Source: Botryllus schlosseri
Taxonomy: Eukaryota
Direction: 5' to 3'
Assembly (NCBI GenBank): GCA_051294905.1
Contig: CM119372.1
Coordinates: 32,056,001 to 32,120,000, forward strand
DNA length: 64,000 nucleotides
The position numbers and the translations under genes were made by a program. The notes under the pieces are model-generated. The model was not told the origin of the DNA and ran no database searches. It saw only the letters and a program-made list of their open reading frames with translations. Shown in pieces: positions 12,301 through 21,325 of the stretch (positions within the stretch are counted from its first letter, which is position 1; every line of letters begins with the position of its first letter).

Positions 12301-15300
12301 TTCGACACTAATCAAGTTCATTTGGTCGTAAAAACATGCACGTTTATCCGTGAAGGCTTGGTGACGAAGAGAAGGCAGGTTATAACCCCGGTTCCGGTTA
12401 CACAGACAGTGTGAAAAAGAAAGCAAATTAATCGAACGTGCCACTATCGGTGTCAAACAAATCGCCTATGTCGACATATGTCGATGTCAATCACTTAGTA
12501 TCAGGAACGATATTAGTCACCATGGACGTATCATCCCTGTATACAAGTATTCCTCATAAGGATGGCATGGAGGCTGTGGAGAGATCTCTTGCAGAAATTG
12601 GACATCCTTTAAAGAAAAGCATCATGGAACTTATCGGCTTCACGTTAACTCACAACACGTTCGAATTCAACGAAGAGATCTTTCTACAGCTTCAAGGAAC
12701 GGCAATGGGCACGAAATTTGCTCCGCAATACGCAAATCTTTTCATGCATCATTTTGAGGAGGATTTCATGGAGACACAAACATTGCGGCCAATATTTTAT
12801 ACGAGATACATCGACGACATTTTCATGATATGGACCCATGGAGAACAGTCACTGAAAAAGTTTCATGATTCAATAAACGACTTTCACCCTAACATTCGTC
12901 TGACCATGGAGAGCTCGATGACTGCAGTTTCATTCCTCGACACGCTTGTCAACATCGAAGAAGGTCGCATTTTCACGTCACTCTACCGTAAACCAACGGA
13001 CTCTGGTAAGATTTTAAACTACCACAGTTTCCATCCAGTACACTGTAAAAAAGGAATAGTCTACAGCAAAGCCCTTCGAATCCATAAAATTTGCTCGAAG
13101 AAAGAGGACAAAAATGAACATTTGGAAGTTTTGAAACACGAACTAATCAAATCTGGCTACGATCAACAGCTGATAAGGAATCAAATAAAAAGGGCCCTCA
13201 ATGTACCACGAGAGAAGCTCCTTGATTGCAGTCGAAATGAGGAAACACAAGATCGCAGAGTGCCGCTGGTCACTACATATTTCCCGGGAGCAGAAAAGAT
13301 CCGTAAAATTTTACGAAAACATCAGCGAATACTAATCAACGATCCGAAATGCAATGAAGTATTCCCGAGAAGACCTATTTTAGCCATCCGGCAACCACGC
13401 AACTTGCGTAACATTTTGGTAAATAGTAGGCTACCTCGGTCAAGACGAGAAAATGGCGTGGAAAATTGCGGACAGCCATCATGCAAGACGTGTGCTATTC
13501 TCAATCACAGCACCGTGATTACAAGAGGACCCGCCCGGCACAACATCAAAGGCCATTTTACTTGTAAATCAAGTAATGTCGTATATTTGATTCGCTGTCG
13601 AAAAGGATGTACGAATGCATGGTACGTAGGAGAAACCAGTCAACCTCTCCACAAGAGAGTAAATGGTCACCGACATGATATCTCGAAAGGTAACAAATCG
13701 AAGCCTGTCGGTGATCATTTTTCTTCCGCTGGGCACTCGGAGAGCGACATGACTATCAATGTATTGGTCGGGAACATGGAAGACGCTACTCTCCGCAAGG
13801 CTACAGAACAAAAATATATCGACAAATTTGATACTTTCCGACAAGGGCTGAATATAGATAGAGGATGTATGTCTCACTACACCATGAATGCTTGACTTAA
13901 CAAATTTTGTTCCTTTCAAATTAGCATATAAACACCTTATCCAATCCGATTTTAGGCACACAACTCACTATTTGCATTTCAAATCAAAACTTGATATTTG
14001 TGTCTATGACGTCATAGAGTACGCGACTTCAGTATCTAGAATTTCTCATTCCCTATGATGTCATAATATGCATATGTTCAAATTGAAAATATTTTTGCGT
14101 TGCTCTTTTTGCGTTACTTTCGCTTTGACACCTGATGAAGGAGCAGCGCTCCGAAAGCTCGTGTAACTAATAAAGTTATATTCATTCGCAAGTGGACGTT
14201 AAATAGAGTGTGAAAGCTACTAAGGTCTTACGTTTATATATATCGTCTGCTATCGGCGCAACCAAGTATTCAACTATGGATCACACCAGAAAATGCCGAA
14301 TTAAAGTGGAAAGAATCGCCAAGAAGATTGCTCGCAAAAACGCTGATATTTTTTTTCTATTGGAATGTAAAAAGCGCGACCTCATCCCGAAGGGTCTACG
14401 AATTCAAAACCCACTACGCAACACTTTCAAGACCACGTACTCAGAAAACTTGGCTCGGCGAATGTCGAAGAAATTGATGTCACATCTGACTGATATTCAC
14501 TATCGAAGCCGAGCAAAGTTCAGGTACGATATTGAAGGCACCATAAATCTAGTTGATGATCGCAAATTACAAGGAGATTTGCGTGAATTGGCTAAACAAA
14601 TTTCGACAAACGAAGTCAAAGGTATGATACTTCAAAAAGAGAAAAAAATCACGCAATTGGTAATGGAAAAGGAAAAATCCGAAATTTCACTGCCACCGGG
14701 CGCCACAGCTAAAAGTAATAAATCGGATATAGCCGTTGCTAACCTGTCTAGCAAAACCTTGACGCAGTCTCAAATCGATGTTCTCAGTCTTAATTTGAAA
14801 TTCTGCCCTACTCAAAAACTAGATCCTTACGTGTTAGCTGGAGACGCCGATGAATTCGACAGAAGAATGAGGAACAAGTACCATTTTTACGATGTCAATC
14901 CGGAAATTGAAGCTTCTCAGAATGGAAACGAGATAACTGAACAAATTATTAACAAGAAGCCCAAGAAAAACATAAGATGGAGGGCACCTCAGGGCGAAAA
15001 CAACAATTTGGACAAATATCTAGAAAGTTTCCACAACCAAATTAACGCTACATTCATTAGTAAGTCGAAACACCTCAACAGAAACTACAACGAAAATCTT
15101 ACGAAGGAGCAGAAAAAGGCAATCACAGAACTCAAACAGGAAGAGAGCATCGTAATCAAGCCTGCTGATAAAGGAGGAAAAGTAGTCGTCATGGACCTGA
15201 AAGACTATTTAGAAGAAGGCTACAGACAGTTGAACGACTCCGTGTCGTATCAGAAACTATATTGTGACCCAACGAAAGAACACACGAAACGATTAAAGAA

Positions 15301-18047
15301 AATTATAAAATCCTTGGATATGGAAGAAGACGAGAAATCAAAGATCAATATCCCGTCTGATCCCTCTCTTGGCCGCTTCTATCTTCTACCGAAGCTGCAC
15401 AAAGAGAATATTCCTGGACGCCCCATCGTGTCATGCAACAAAACTATAACGGAAGACATATCTGGATACGTGGAAAAACACCTTAAACCGTTGGTGAAAA
15501 GCACACCAAGTTTTTGTCGTGACACCACGGACTTTTTGAACAAACTCATGAATGTCAATCACTTAGTATCAGGAACGATATTAGTCACCATGGACGTATC
15601 ATCCCTGTATACAAGTATTCCTCATAAGGATGGCATGGAGGCTGTGGAGAGATCTCTTGCAGAAATTGGACATCCTTTAAAGAAAAGCATCATGGAACTT
15701 ATCGGCTTCACGTTAACTCACAACACGTTCGAATTCAACGAAGAGATCTTTCTACAGCTTCAAGGAACGGCAATGGGCACGAAATTTGCTCCGCAATACG
15801 CAAATCTTTTCATGCATCATTTTGAGGAGGATTTCATGGAGACACAAACATTGCGGCCAATATTTTATACGAGATACATCGACGACATTTTCATGATATG
15901 GACCCATGGAGAACAGTCACTGAAAAAGTTTCATGATTCAATAAACGACTTTCACCCTAACATTCGTCTGACCATGGAGAGCTCGATGACTGCAGTTTCA
16001 TTCCTCGACACGCTTGTCAACATCGAAGAAGGTCGCATTTTCACGTCACTCTACCGTAAACCAACGGACTCTGGTAAGATTTTAAACTACCACAGTTTCC
16101 ATCCAGTACACTGTAAAAAAGGAATAGTCTACAGCAAAGCCCTTCGAATCCATAAAATTTGCTCGAAGAAAGAGGACAAAAATGAACATTTGGAAGTTTT
16201 GAAACACGAACTAATCAAATCTGGCTACGATCAACAGCTGATAAGGAATCAAATAAAAAGGGCCCTCAATGTACCACGAGAGAAGCTCCTTGATTGCAGT
16301 CGAAATGAGGAAACACAAGATCGCAGAGTGCCGCTGGTCACTACATATTTCCCGGGAGCAGAAAAGATCCGTAAAATTTTACGAAAACATCAGCGAATAC
16401 TAATCAACGATCCGAAATGCAATGAAGTATTCCCGAGAAGACCTATTTTAGCCATCCGGCAACCACGCAACTTGCGTAACATTTTGGTAAATAGTAGGCT
16501 ACCTCGGTCAAGACGAGAAAATGGCGTGGAAAATTGCGGACAGCCATCATGCAAGACGTGTGCTATTCTCAATCACAGCACCGTGATTACAAGAGGACCC
16601 GCCCGGCACAACATCAAAGGCCATTTTACTTGTAAATCAAGTAATGTCGTATATTTGATTCGCTGTCGAAAAGGATGTACGAATGCATGGTACGTAGGAG
16701 AAACCAGTCAACCTCTCCACAAGAGAGTAAATGGTCACCGACATGATATCTCGAAAGGTAACAAATCGAAGCCTGTCGGTGATCATTTTTCTTCCGCTGG
16801 GCACTCGGAGAGCGACATGACTATCAATGTATTGGTCGGGAACATGGAAGACGCTACTCTCCGCAAGGCTACAGAACAAAAATATATCGACAAATTTGAT
16901 ACTTTCCGACAAGGGCTGAATATAGATAGAGGATGTATGTCTCACTACACCATGAATGCTTGACTTAACAAATTTTGTTCCTTTCAAATTAGCATATAAA
17001 CACCTTATCCAATCCGATTTTAGGCACACAACTCACTATTTGCATTTCAAATCAAAACTTGATATTTGTGTCTATGACGTCATAGAGTACGCGACTTCAG
17101 TATCTAGAATTTCTCATTCCCTATGATGTCATAATATGCATATGTTCAAATTGAAAATATTTTTGCGTTGCTCTTTTTGCGTTACTTTCGCTTTGACACC
17201 TGATGAAGGAGCAGCGCTCCGAAAGCTCGTGTAACTAATAAAGTTATATTCATTCGCAAGTGGACGTTAAATAGAGTGTGAAAGCTACTAAGGTCTTACG
17301 TTGACATATATAGGGTTACCATATTTCGGAATAGGAAAAGGAGGAAACTTATTTCAAATCATAAAAGTTAGTTTACCGAAATTGAAAACAGCTGACTTTG
17401 AAATATTTATTGGAAATCTTGTTGTGTTAACTAAAAAAATTATTTTTTCCGATCTGACTCCCGCGTATCCTGTCGTCTATGTTTTAGCCCAAAATATAAC
17501 GTCTTTCGTGGTCTTTTGGGGCATTTCAGGCTAAAAATGGAGGACAAATTTTCAACAAGAAGGACAATTGGGCGAAGGGAGGACAATTATTCTAATATGA
17601 GGACAAATCCTATACTATAGGAGGACGTATGATAGCCATAGACATATAGTCTTCCGCATGGTCTCATACTGCGCAAACCGAAGAAGTGGTAGTAACGGTA
17701 TATCAATCGTAGATACATGTTTCGCTCTACGTATAGTAATACTGCTTTTAATCCATGCAAATTACCAATCTATTGGCAATTTTTCAATCTTCAGCGACAC
17801 GGAACATATTACCTATAAGAAGAATGTGGTATGGAGGGTCAAGCTCGTTGTTTGCATTCAGGTATTCGGAGCTTCATTCAATCTCTGAGAGCCCGAAGCT
17901 TAGGTCACGATACATCAGCTTATACATTAGAGTCTGATCAGATCGTGTACGAATACATATTGTTAACATCTTACCGAAAATCGAGAAAAACGTCGCCTGG
18001 GACACCGACACCAATGCAACTAAAAGGAGTAATCTTGCCACCAACAT
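242..18047 (-). CDS. Spliced gene for a secreted tandem EGF/EB-like repeat protein (11 coding exons in window; 3' part continues beyond position 1)
   Basis: Exons read by hand, all with canonical AG/GT and phase 1-1: 17975-18047, 12033-12125, 11454-11546, 9592-9684, 6627-6731, 6185-6289, 5903-6007, 5118-5222, 3846-3950, 3564-3668, 242-346. The spliced frame is open: MLVARLLLLVALVSVSQATFFSIF-GKRCRNCSGGKCILGKCICKFPFFLFKNECL-NPCKSCGANSICKNRQCVCRDGFFRKNNRCV-DPCSTCGANSFCRNRQCLCRDGFIRVNGQCI-VDGCRRNSDCRQNEVCNNGDCVCGRGYVRSSGRCV-... Not visible in the ORF track. Confidence 0.88.
1392..3282. mobile_element. hAT-type MITE with subterminal GGATT(A/T/C)G repeats
   Basis: TIR CAGAGATGAGC...GCTCATCTCTG; perfect 8-bp TSD TTAATTAG (1384-1391, 3283-3290). 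Confidence 0.85.
1578..3002 (+). mobile_element. Internally deleted Chapaev3-like (CMC superfamily) DNA transposon
   Basis: Starts CAC, TTA on both sides (1575-1577, 3003-3005); decayed transposase pieces (KIVLFHNGNTYSPLSVGH; MSIKVHVLFSHLDIFPDHL; GERF-like); colinear with 20732-20933 plus 23839-25046. Confidence 0.7.
3564..3668 (-). CDS. EGF/EB-like exon 9 (LDGCRSDSDCGENEDCDDRECVCEKGYSRSNGRCV)
   Basis: 105 nt, AG/GTAAGT, phase 1-1. Confidence 0.9.
3846..3950 (-). CDS. EGF/EB-like exon 8 (LNGCRRDSDCGQNEDCENGDCVCERGYIRSDGRCV)
   Basis: 105 nt, AG/GTAAGT, phase 1-1. Confidence 0.9.
4625..4769 (-). mobile_element. tRNA-derived SINE fragment (second family)
   Basis: Minus strand GGCCGGCAAGATAGCGTAGTG...GGTCGTGGACTCAATCCC resembles pol III A and B boxes. 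Confidence 0.5.
4817..5092 (+). mobile_element. tRNA-derived SINE, about 275 bp, (ACA)n tail
   Basis: A-box-like TATCGTAGTGG, B box GGTTCGAGTCC, CAA tail, 12-bp TSD ATCATCACA(C/T)GC; further copies at 7285-7546 (-), 44760-45036 (+) and about 40975-41106. Confidence 0.85.
5118..5222 (-). CDS. EGF/EB-like exon 7 (LDGCRGDRDCGENEECEDGECVCERGYSRSNGRCV)
   Basis: 105 nt, TTGCAG/GTAAGT, phase 1-1. Confidence 0.9.
5903..6007 (-). CDS. EGF/EB-like exon 6 (LDGCRRNSDCGQNEVCKNGDCVCERGYSRSNGRCV)
   Basis: 105 nt, AG/GTAAGT, phase 1-1. Confidence 0.9.
6185..6289 (-). CDS. EGF/EB-like exon 5 (LDGCRRNSDCGQNEDCVNGDCVCETGYSRSNGRCV)
   Basis: 105 nt, AG/GTAAGT, phase 1-1. Confidence 0.9.
6627..6731 (-). CDS. 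EGF/EB-like exon 4 (VDGCRRNSDCRQNEVCNNGDCVCGRGYVRSSGRCV)
   Basis: 105 nt, TTTTAG acceptor, GTAAGT donor, phase 1-1. Confidence 0.9.
7285..7546 (-). mobile_element. tRNA-derived SINE (same family as 4817-5092)
   Basis: Reverse-complement similarity over the tRNA-like head, body and tail. Confidence 0.8.
8373..9518. mobile_element. Non-autonomous hAT (Charlie-like) element
   Basis: Subterminal GCGGGCCG motifs; perfect 8-bp TSD ACATAGTG (8365-8372, 9519-9526). Confidence 0.8.
9592..9684 (-). CDS. EGF-like exon 3 (DPCSTCGANSFCRNRQCLCRDGFIRVNGQCI)
   Basis: 93 nt, TCGCAG acceptor, GTAAGA donor; paralogous to 11454-11546 including flanking intron sequence. Confidence 0.9.
10487..11392 (-). mobile_element. 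MITE family with TAGGGATGGTGTGAAC termini and GTTCGC repeats (copy without the hammerhead insert)
   Basis: Inverted copy of 21326-22441; another copy starts at 43138. Confidence 0.75.
11454..11546 (-). CDS. EGF-like exon 2 (NPCKSCGANSICKNRQCVCRDGFFRKNNRCV)
   Basis: 93 nt, TTACAG acceptor, GTAAGG donor, phase 1-1. Confidence 0.9.
12033..12125 (-). CDS. EGF-like exon 1 (GKRCRNCSGGKCILGKCICKFPFFLFKNECL)
   Basis: 93 nt, TTTAG acceptor, GTAAGT donor, phase 1-1, six Cys. Confidence 0.85.
12484..13895 (+). pseudogene. 5'-truncated upstream copy of the Penelope ORF (C-terminal RT + GIY-YIG)
   Basis: Translation identical to the last ~470 aa of the full ORF; the first 16 codons of the tracked ORF lie in host flank. 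Confidence 0.92.
14127..14165 (+). ncRNA. Minimal type I hammerhead ribozyme (Penelope terminal repeat copy 1)
   Basis: ACAC-CTGATGA-A-GGAGC(AGC)GCTCC-GAAA-GC-TC-GTGT: full catalytic core, stem I ACAC/GTGT, 5-bp stem II, palindromic AGCT replacing stem III; AATAAA follows at 14169-14174. Confidence 0.9.
14276..16963 (+). CDS. Penelope-like RT-GIY-YIG protein, 895 aa from the first ATG, intact
   Basis: PLE motifs IKPADKG, LPKLHK, GRPIVS, MDVSSLYT, GTAMG, RYIDD, FLD, YRKPT; Cys-rich linker CGQPSCKTC; endonuclease VVY...YVGET...R...H...E...GLN. The ORF-track start at 14210 is a GTG; the first ATG is 14276. Confidence 0.96.
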   Translation: MDHTRKCRIKVERIAKKIARKNADIFFLLECKKRDLIPKGLRIQNPLRNTFKTTYSENLARRMSKKLMSHLTDIHYRSRAKFRYDIEGTINLVDDRKLQGDLRELAKQISTNEVKGMILQKEKKITQLVMEKEKSEISLPPGATAKSNKSDIAVANLSSKTLTQSQIDVLSLNLKFCPTQKLDPYVLAGDADEFDRRMRNKYHFYDVNPEIEASQNGNEITEQIINKKPKKNIRWRAPQGENNNLDKYLESFHNQINATFISKSKHLNRNYNENLTKEQKKAITELKQEESIVIKPADKGGKVVVMDLKDYLEEGYRQLNDSVSYQKLYCDPTKEHTKRLKKIIKSLDMEEDEKSKINIPSDPSLGRFYLLPKLHKENIPGRPIVSCNKTITEDISGYVEKHLKPLVKSTPSFCRDTTDFLNKLMNVNHLVSGTILVTMDVSSLYTSIPHKDGMEAVERSLAEIGHPLKKSIMELIGFTLTHNTFEFNEEIFLQLQGTAMGTKFAPQYANLFMHHFEEDFMETQTLRPIFYTRYIDDIFMIWTHGEQSLKKFHDSINDFHPNIRLTMESSMTAVSFLDTLVNIEEGRIFTSLYRKPTDSGKILNYHSFHPVHCKKGIVYSKALRIHKICSKKEDKNEHLEVLKHELIKSGYDQQLIRNQIKRALNVPREKLLDCSRNEETQDRRVPLVTTYFPGAEKIRKILRKHQRILINDPKCNEVFPRRPILAIRQPRNLRNILVNSRLPRSRRENGVENCGQPSCKTCAILNHSTVITRGPARHNIKGHFTCKSSNVVYLIRCRKGCTNAWYVGETSQPLHKRVNGHRHDISKGNKSKPVGDHFSSAGHSESDMTINVLVGNMEDATLRKATEQKYIDKFDTFRQGLNIDRGCMSHYTMNA
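17195..17233 (+). ncRNA. Minimal type I hammerhead ribozyme (Penelope terminal repeat copy 2)
   Basis: Identical to 14127-14165, 3068 nt downstream. Confidence 0.9.
17311..17640. mobile_element. hAT-type MITE (TAGGGTTACCATA termini, GAGGACA repeats)
   Basis: 8-bp TSD GACATATA (17303-17310, 17641-17648); related sequence at about 4265-4400 and 43520-43620. Confidence 0.8.
17975..18047 (-). CDS. First coding exon: signal peptide MLVARLLLLVALVSVSQA-TFFSIF
   Basis: ATG at 18047-18045 (context AAAATG), basic residue, hydrophobic core and SQA cleavage-like site; phase-1 donor GTAAGA at 17974-17969; acceptor TTTAG ending at 18079 upstream. Confidence 0.8.
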
Positions 18048-18181
18048 TTTGCGTTCGATATTTCGAATTCTTTGCCCGCTAAATTTAATATTTGAATCTG
18101 TAAATAAGCATGGTGCCTAGTGCTTTTATAGAGGGATGCGATAATCCTTCAAGTCGCACATATGCGCGACTGACCACTTAC

Positions 18182-18290
18182 AGCCAATATAGCCCAATTA
18201 AATTGATTAATTCCACTTTCGTATCCACTTGATATCCTGTATTAATTTGATGTTGTCGGTATTCGTGACTATTTGTGGTCTTATAAATTG
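18182..18290 (-). promoter_or_regulatory. Possible 5'-UTR exon and TATA-like element of the EGF-repeat gene
   Basis: Minus-strand GTAAGT donor at 18181-18176, about 100 nt upstream of the acceptor at 18079; TTTATAAG near 18279-18287. Confidence 0.3.
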
Positions 18291-18502
18291 CCCAATCATG
18301 CACTATGTTGTCTGTGCGAATGCTTTCCCTGGTCACGCTTTCCGGGCAATACAGTATTACTTTGGATTTTATGCGAAAGCGAATGCCGGGGGCACCAATT
18401 TCATTACGCTTAGGTAAGAATTTTAGTCATCTTCGATTATACGGCGATTACGAATTATCCAAACCACCTATCCAATGGGATGTAGATTGCTATAGTGTAA
18501 AT

Positions 18503-20388
18503 CAGTGGTTCCCAACCTTTTTCGGTGGCAGGGCCAAATTTAGAATGTCAGAGTACGGTCGGGGCCGCACGAATACCAGGGCAATGTAAGGAACCCAGAA
18601 TAGTCACCAAAATATGAAAATTCGCATCGTTCCGATCATTCGCTTGACGGCATTAGCCATTGTGTTACCGCGCTCCCGTTGTTCAGAACAATCAACCTTT
18701 GCTGGGCATTTCGGAGTAGTTTTATTGCCCTGGCGAGATTTCAATTCGTATTTTTGGAATCAGTGCGACACCTCCTTTCGATAAACACCGTCATATTAAA
18801 TTATTCGGACGCTTGGGTCGCGAGCTATAGGACTACCAATTATACTGTTTTTTTGCCGTCTAAGCAGTACGCATCTCGGCGTATTCAATCGTGAGTCTCT
18901 TGTTTCACACTTGCACACCTATCCGTAAATTAGTTATCAATACCCAGGGCCGTAACAGCACTTCGTCAGCCCTCTCCCCCCAACGTTGCTCTTGGCCCTC
19001 TCAGGCTAGATGGCTGTTTGCCGCTATTTATCATCTAAATCGGGTGTCCGTTTTAGGCAGCTTCACTCGACTAATCGCGCGAAGCGCGAAAAATTTCCAT
19101 AATTCATGATTGAATCGGTCAATATAATCGGGAATTGAAAATATATTGGTATCAATTTTTATCCTCTCACTCCTCACGTAATTAGATTGACCGGTTGAGC
19201 CGAGTGAATCGTGTTTGAAAAGGTAGGACCACTCAATAATAATTAAACATCTTCGGGCGTATACCCGTTGGCAGGAACGAAACAGCACTTCGTCAGGCCC
19301 CTCAAAACACTTAGGTCTTGAGCTCCCATAGGGTGATAAACCGACCCCGTCCCGTTGTTCGCTTCTGCCACGAAATCAGGATCACCGTTTAGTGAGCCAG
19401 CGTGGAGCGCGAAAATTTTCGATAATTCCAAATAAAATAGGTCAATAAGATCGGGAATTGCATATGCATTGCTATCAATTACTTGTCCTCTCTGCTAACG
19501 TAATTAGATTTACCGGTAGAGCTGAGTGAGGTGTCTTGGAAACTGTAGGGCCCGTAAATAATAATTAAACATATTCGGACGGGCGGACCCGTTGGTACGA
19601 CTTCGTTACATGATGTTATTTCGTGACCTCCAGTCTGCTATATCAAAAAATATAGAATCGCCCAAACGTACTAAACTAAAAGATGCACATATGATTTCAA
19701 ATTGGTAGTTCTTCACTGGCGTGTAATTCTTCCCTGCAGTTTTCGGTCAGCGTAAGGGCAGTCCTTTTCGGCCAAGGTTTTCTCGCTGTCGATCGTTCTG
19801 GCACACTTCTTGGAGTCGCATGTTATATGGCCTTAAACTTTATATGTCTTCGTGCGTCGTGACGCGGTAATGGCCAACGCCGATATGCCCACTTCTATGA
19901 ATCTTGCGTATTTTATCTTGGTGGAATAGTATCCAATAATGAAGGTACTTGGAAACGTGAAATTGCACGCAGCGCGAAACAATTTTGAAAAAGTTGCATA
20001 AAATTTCATAAAGTACTCTATAATTCATGCTAATTCACTAAATAATTTTGGGCCCCCTTCGAGCTCGTTCCCCCCAATTGAGGGACTTGGGGTGCGTCAG
20101 TTACGGTCCAATCAATACCTATATCCATACCTATATCTATAGGTACTGCTCGTTCAACTGGAAAGTTAGGGCACATTGCATTGAAACAGCTGTGACGTAA
20201 TCTTAGCAGTCTACTCACATCTTTTCTCCAATCCCAACTGAAAACTCCAGACTCCATGCCAAGCAAGAGTATTTTATAAATATATATTTTTTTTTTCATA
20301 AATCGATTTCTCAAAATTTTTGTGGGGGCCGCAGAAAGGCTAGCTGGGGGCCGCATGCGGCCCTCGGGGCCGTGGTTGGGAATCACTG
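18503..20388. mobile_element. Non-autonomous hAT element containing a nested hAT
   Basis: TIR CAGTGGTTCCCAACC...GGTTGGGAATCACTG; perfect TSD GTGTAAAT (18495-18502, 20389-20396). Confidence 0.85.
18945..20111. mobile_element. hAT-type element with CAGGGCCGTAAC termini and internal ~330-bp tandem units
   Basis: TSD TCAATACC (18937-18944, 20112-20119); family copies at 56834-59272 and about 53930-55020. Confidence 0.8.
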
Positions 20389-21325
20389 GTGTAAATGGTT
20401 CTTATCGATCAAGTGCATCCATTGAATCCATTCCAGAGCTAGGCATGAATAGGTAACGAAATAGGCTTTGTCTCCGTTCAGCCGAAACCGCAATAAACAA
20501 TTTCTACTTGTGATATTTTGGCGAATTCAAATTTTTTAAGCCTGCTCAGGTGCAGGGATTCGGCGTCACACAACGAATACTCACCAAAAAGTTTCTGCTG
20601 CCAGCAGACTGATGTCATAGAGATGGTCAAAATACACTGGTACGGTCATCTTTAGGAAGTATGTAGGCTAGTATTCGTGATCGAAGTTGCTTCATATAGT
20701 TATATGTCACGACTCTCACCTAAGAATATAACACCGGTCAATAAAATGAAAACAAATTTTTAGGTAGAACATATTAGAGCCGTTTCTGGAGTTTTTTAGG
20801 TTGCTGATTACGAATATCATATTAGTTTTGTCAGATTGGCTTATTGTCAGAAGATATTTATACCCCTAAAAAGCCTAAAATTACTGGACTTACCCTTAAA
20901 TATTTCACTTGATAGGAAGAAAACGGTAGTTTTCAAAGTAGTGGGCGTACTTACTCGTATAGACGTAAAATTCGTACGCTAAATCTCATCTAAATCACAA
21001 AGTAAGTAGCGATTACCAACGCCAGTCGAAACTACATAATGCGGCTGTAGAAAATGGAAGTACTCAAGTAAGCATTTTAGTTGTAACTTGCGGATGCTTT
21101 GTAGTCAATCGTAAAAAGGCTGATGTTGAAATTGCAAGATAAATATTCGCTACGAACACAAATTGATTAAAGGCCACCGCAAATGGGTGGCATTTTCGAA
21201 GGTATGTTTAGTTACTCTGCTAAAGTAGCTATTTCTCACGATTGTTATGTTAATGACTCGCATGAAAGTGATCCAAATCTAACCCAATGCAATTACTACT
21301 TTTTAAAATATCATGGTGTAAACAC

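Larger units (their letters stand above)
12484..17302 (+). mobile_element. Penelope-like retroelement, partial tandem (1751-bp direct repeats, 3068-bp unit), probably Neptune-type
   Basis: 12484-14234 repeats as 15552-17302; the ORF has RT and a C-terminal GIY-YIG endonuclease; GACATAT at 12473-12479 and 17303-17309 is a candidate TSD. Confidence 0.97.

Noticed and set aside
12438..12483. N-terminus of the 485-aa ORF as a host-TE fusion gene
   Set aside because: Starts at a GTG in intronic flank and is only fortuitously in frame with the truncated Penelope copy.
13322..17029. Minus-strand ORFs inside the Penelope element (60 and 130 aa, each twice)
   Set aside because: No recognisable motifs; duplicated only because the element is duplicated.
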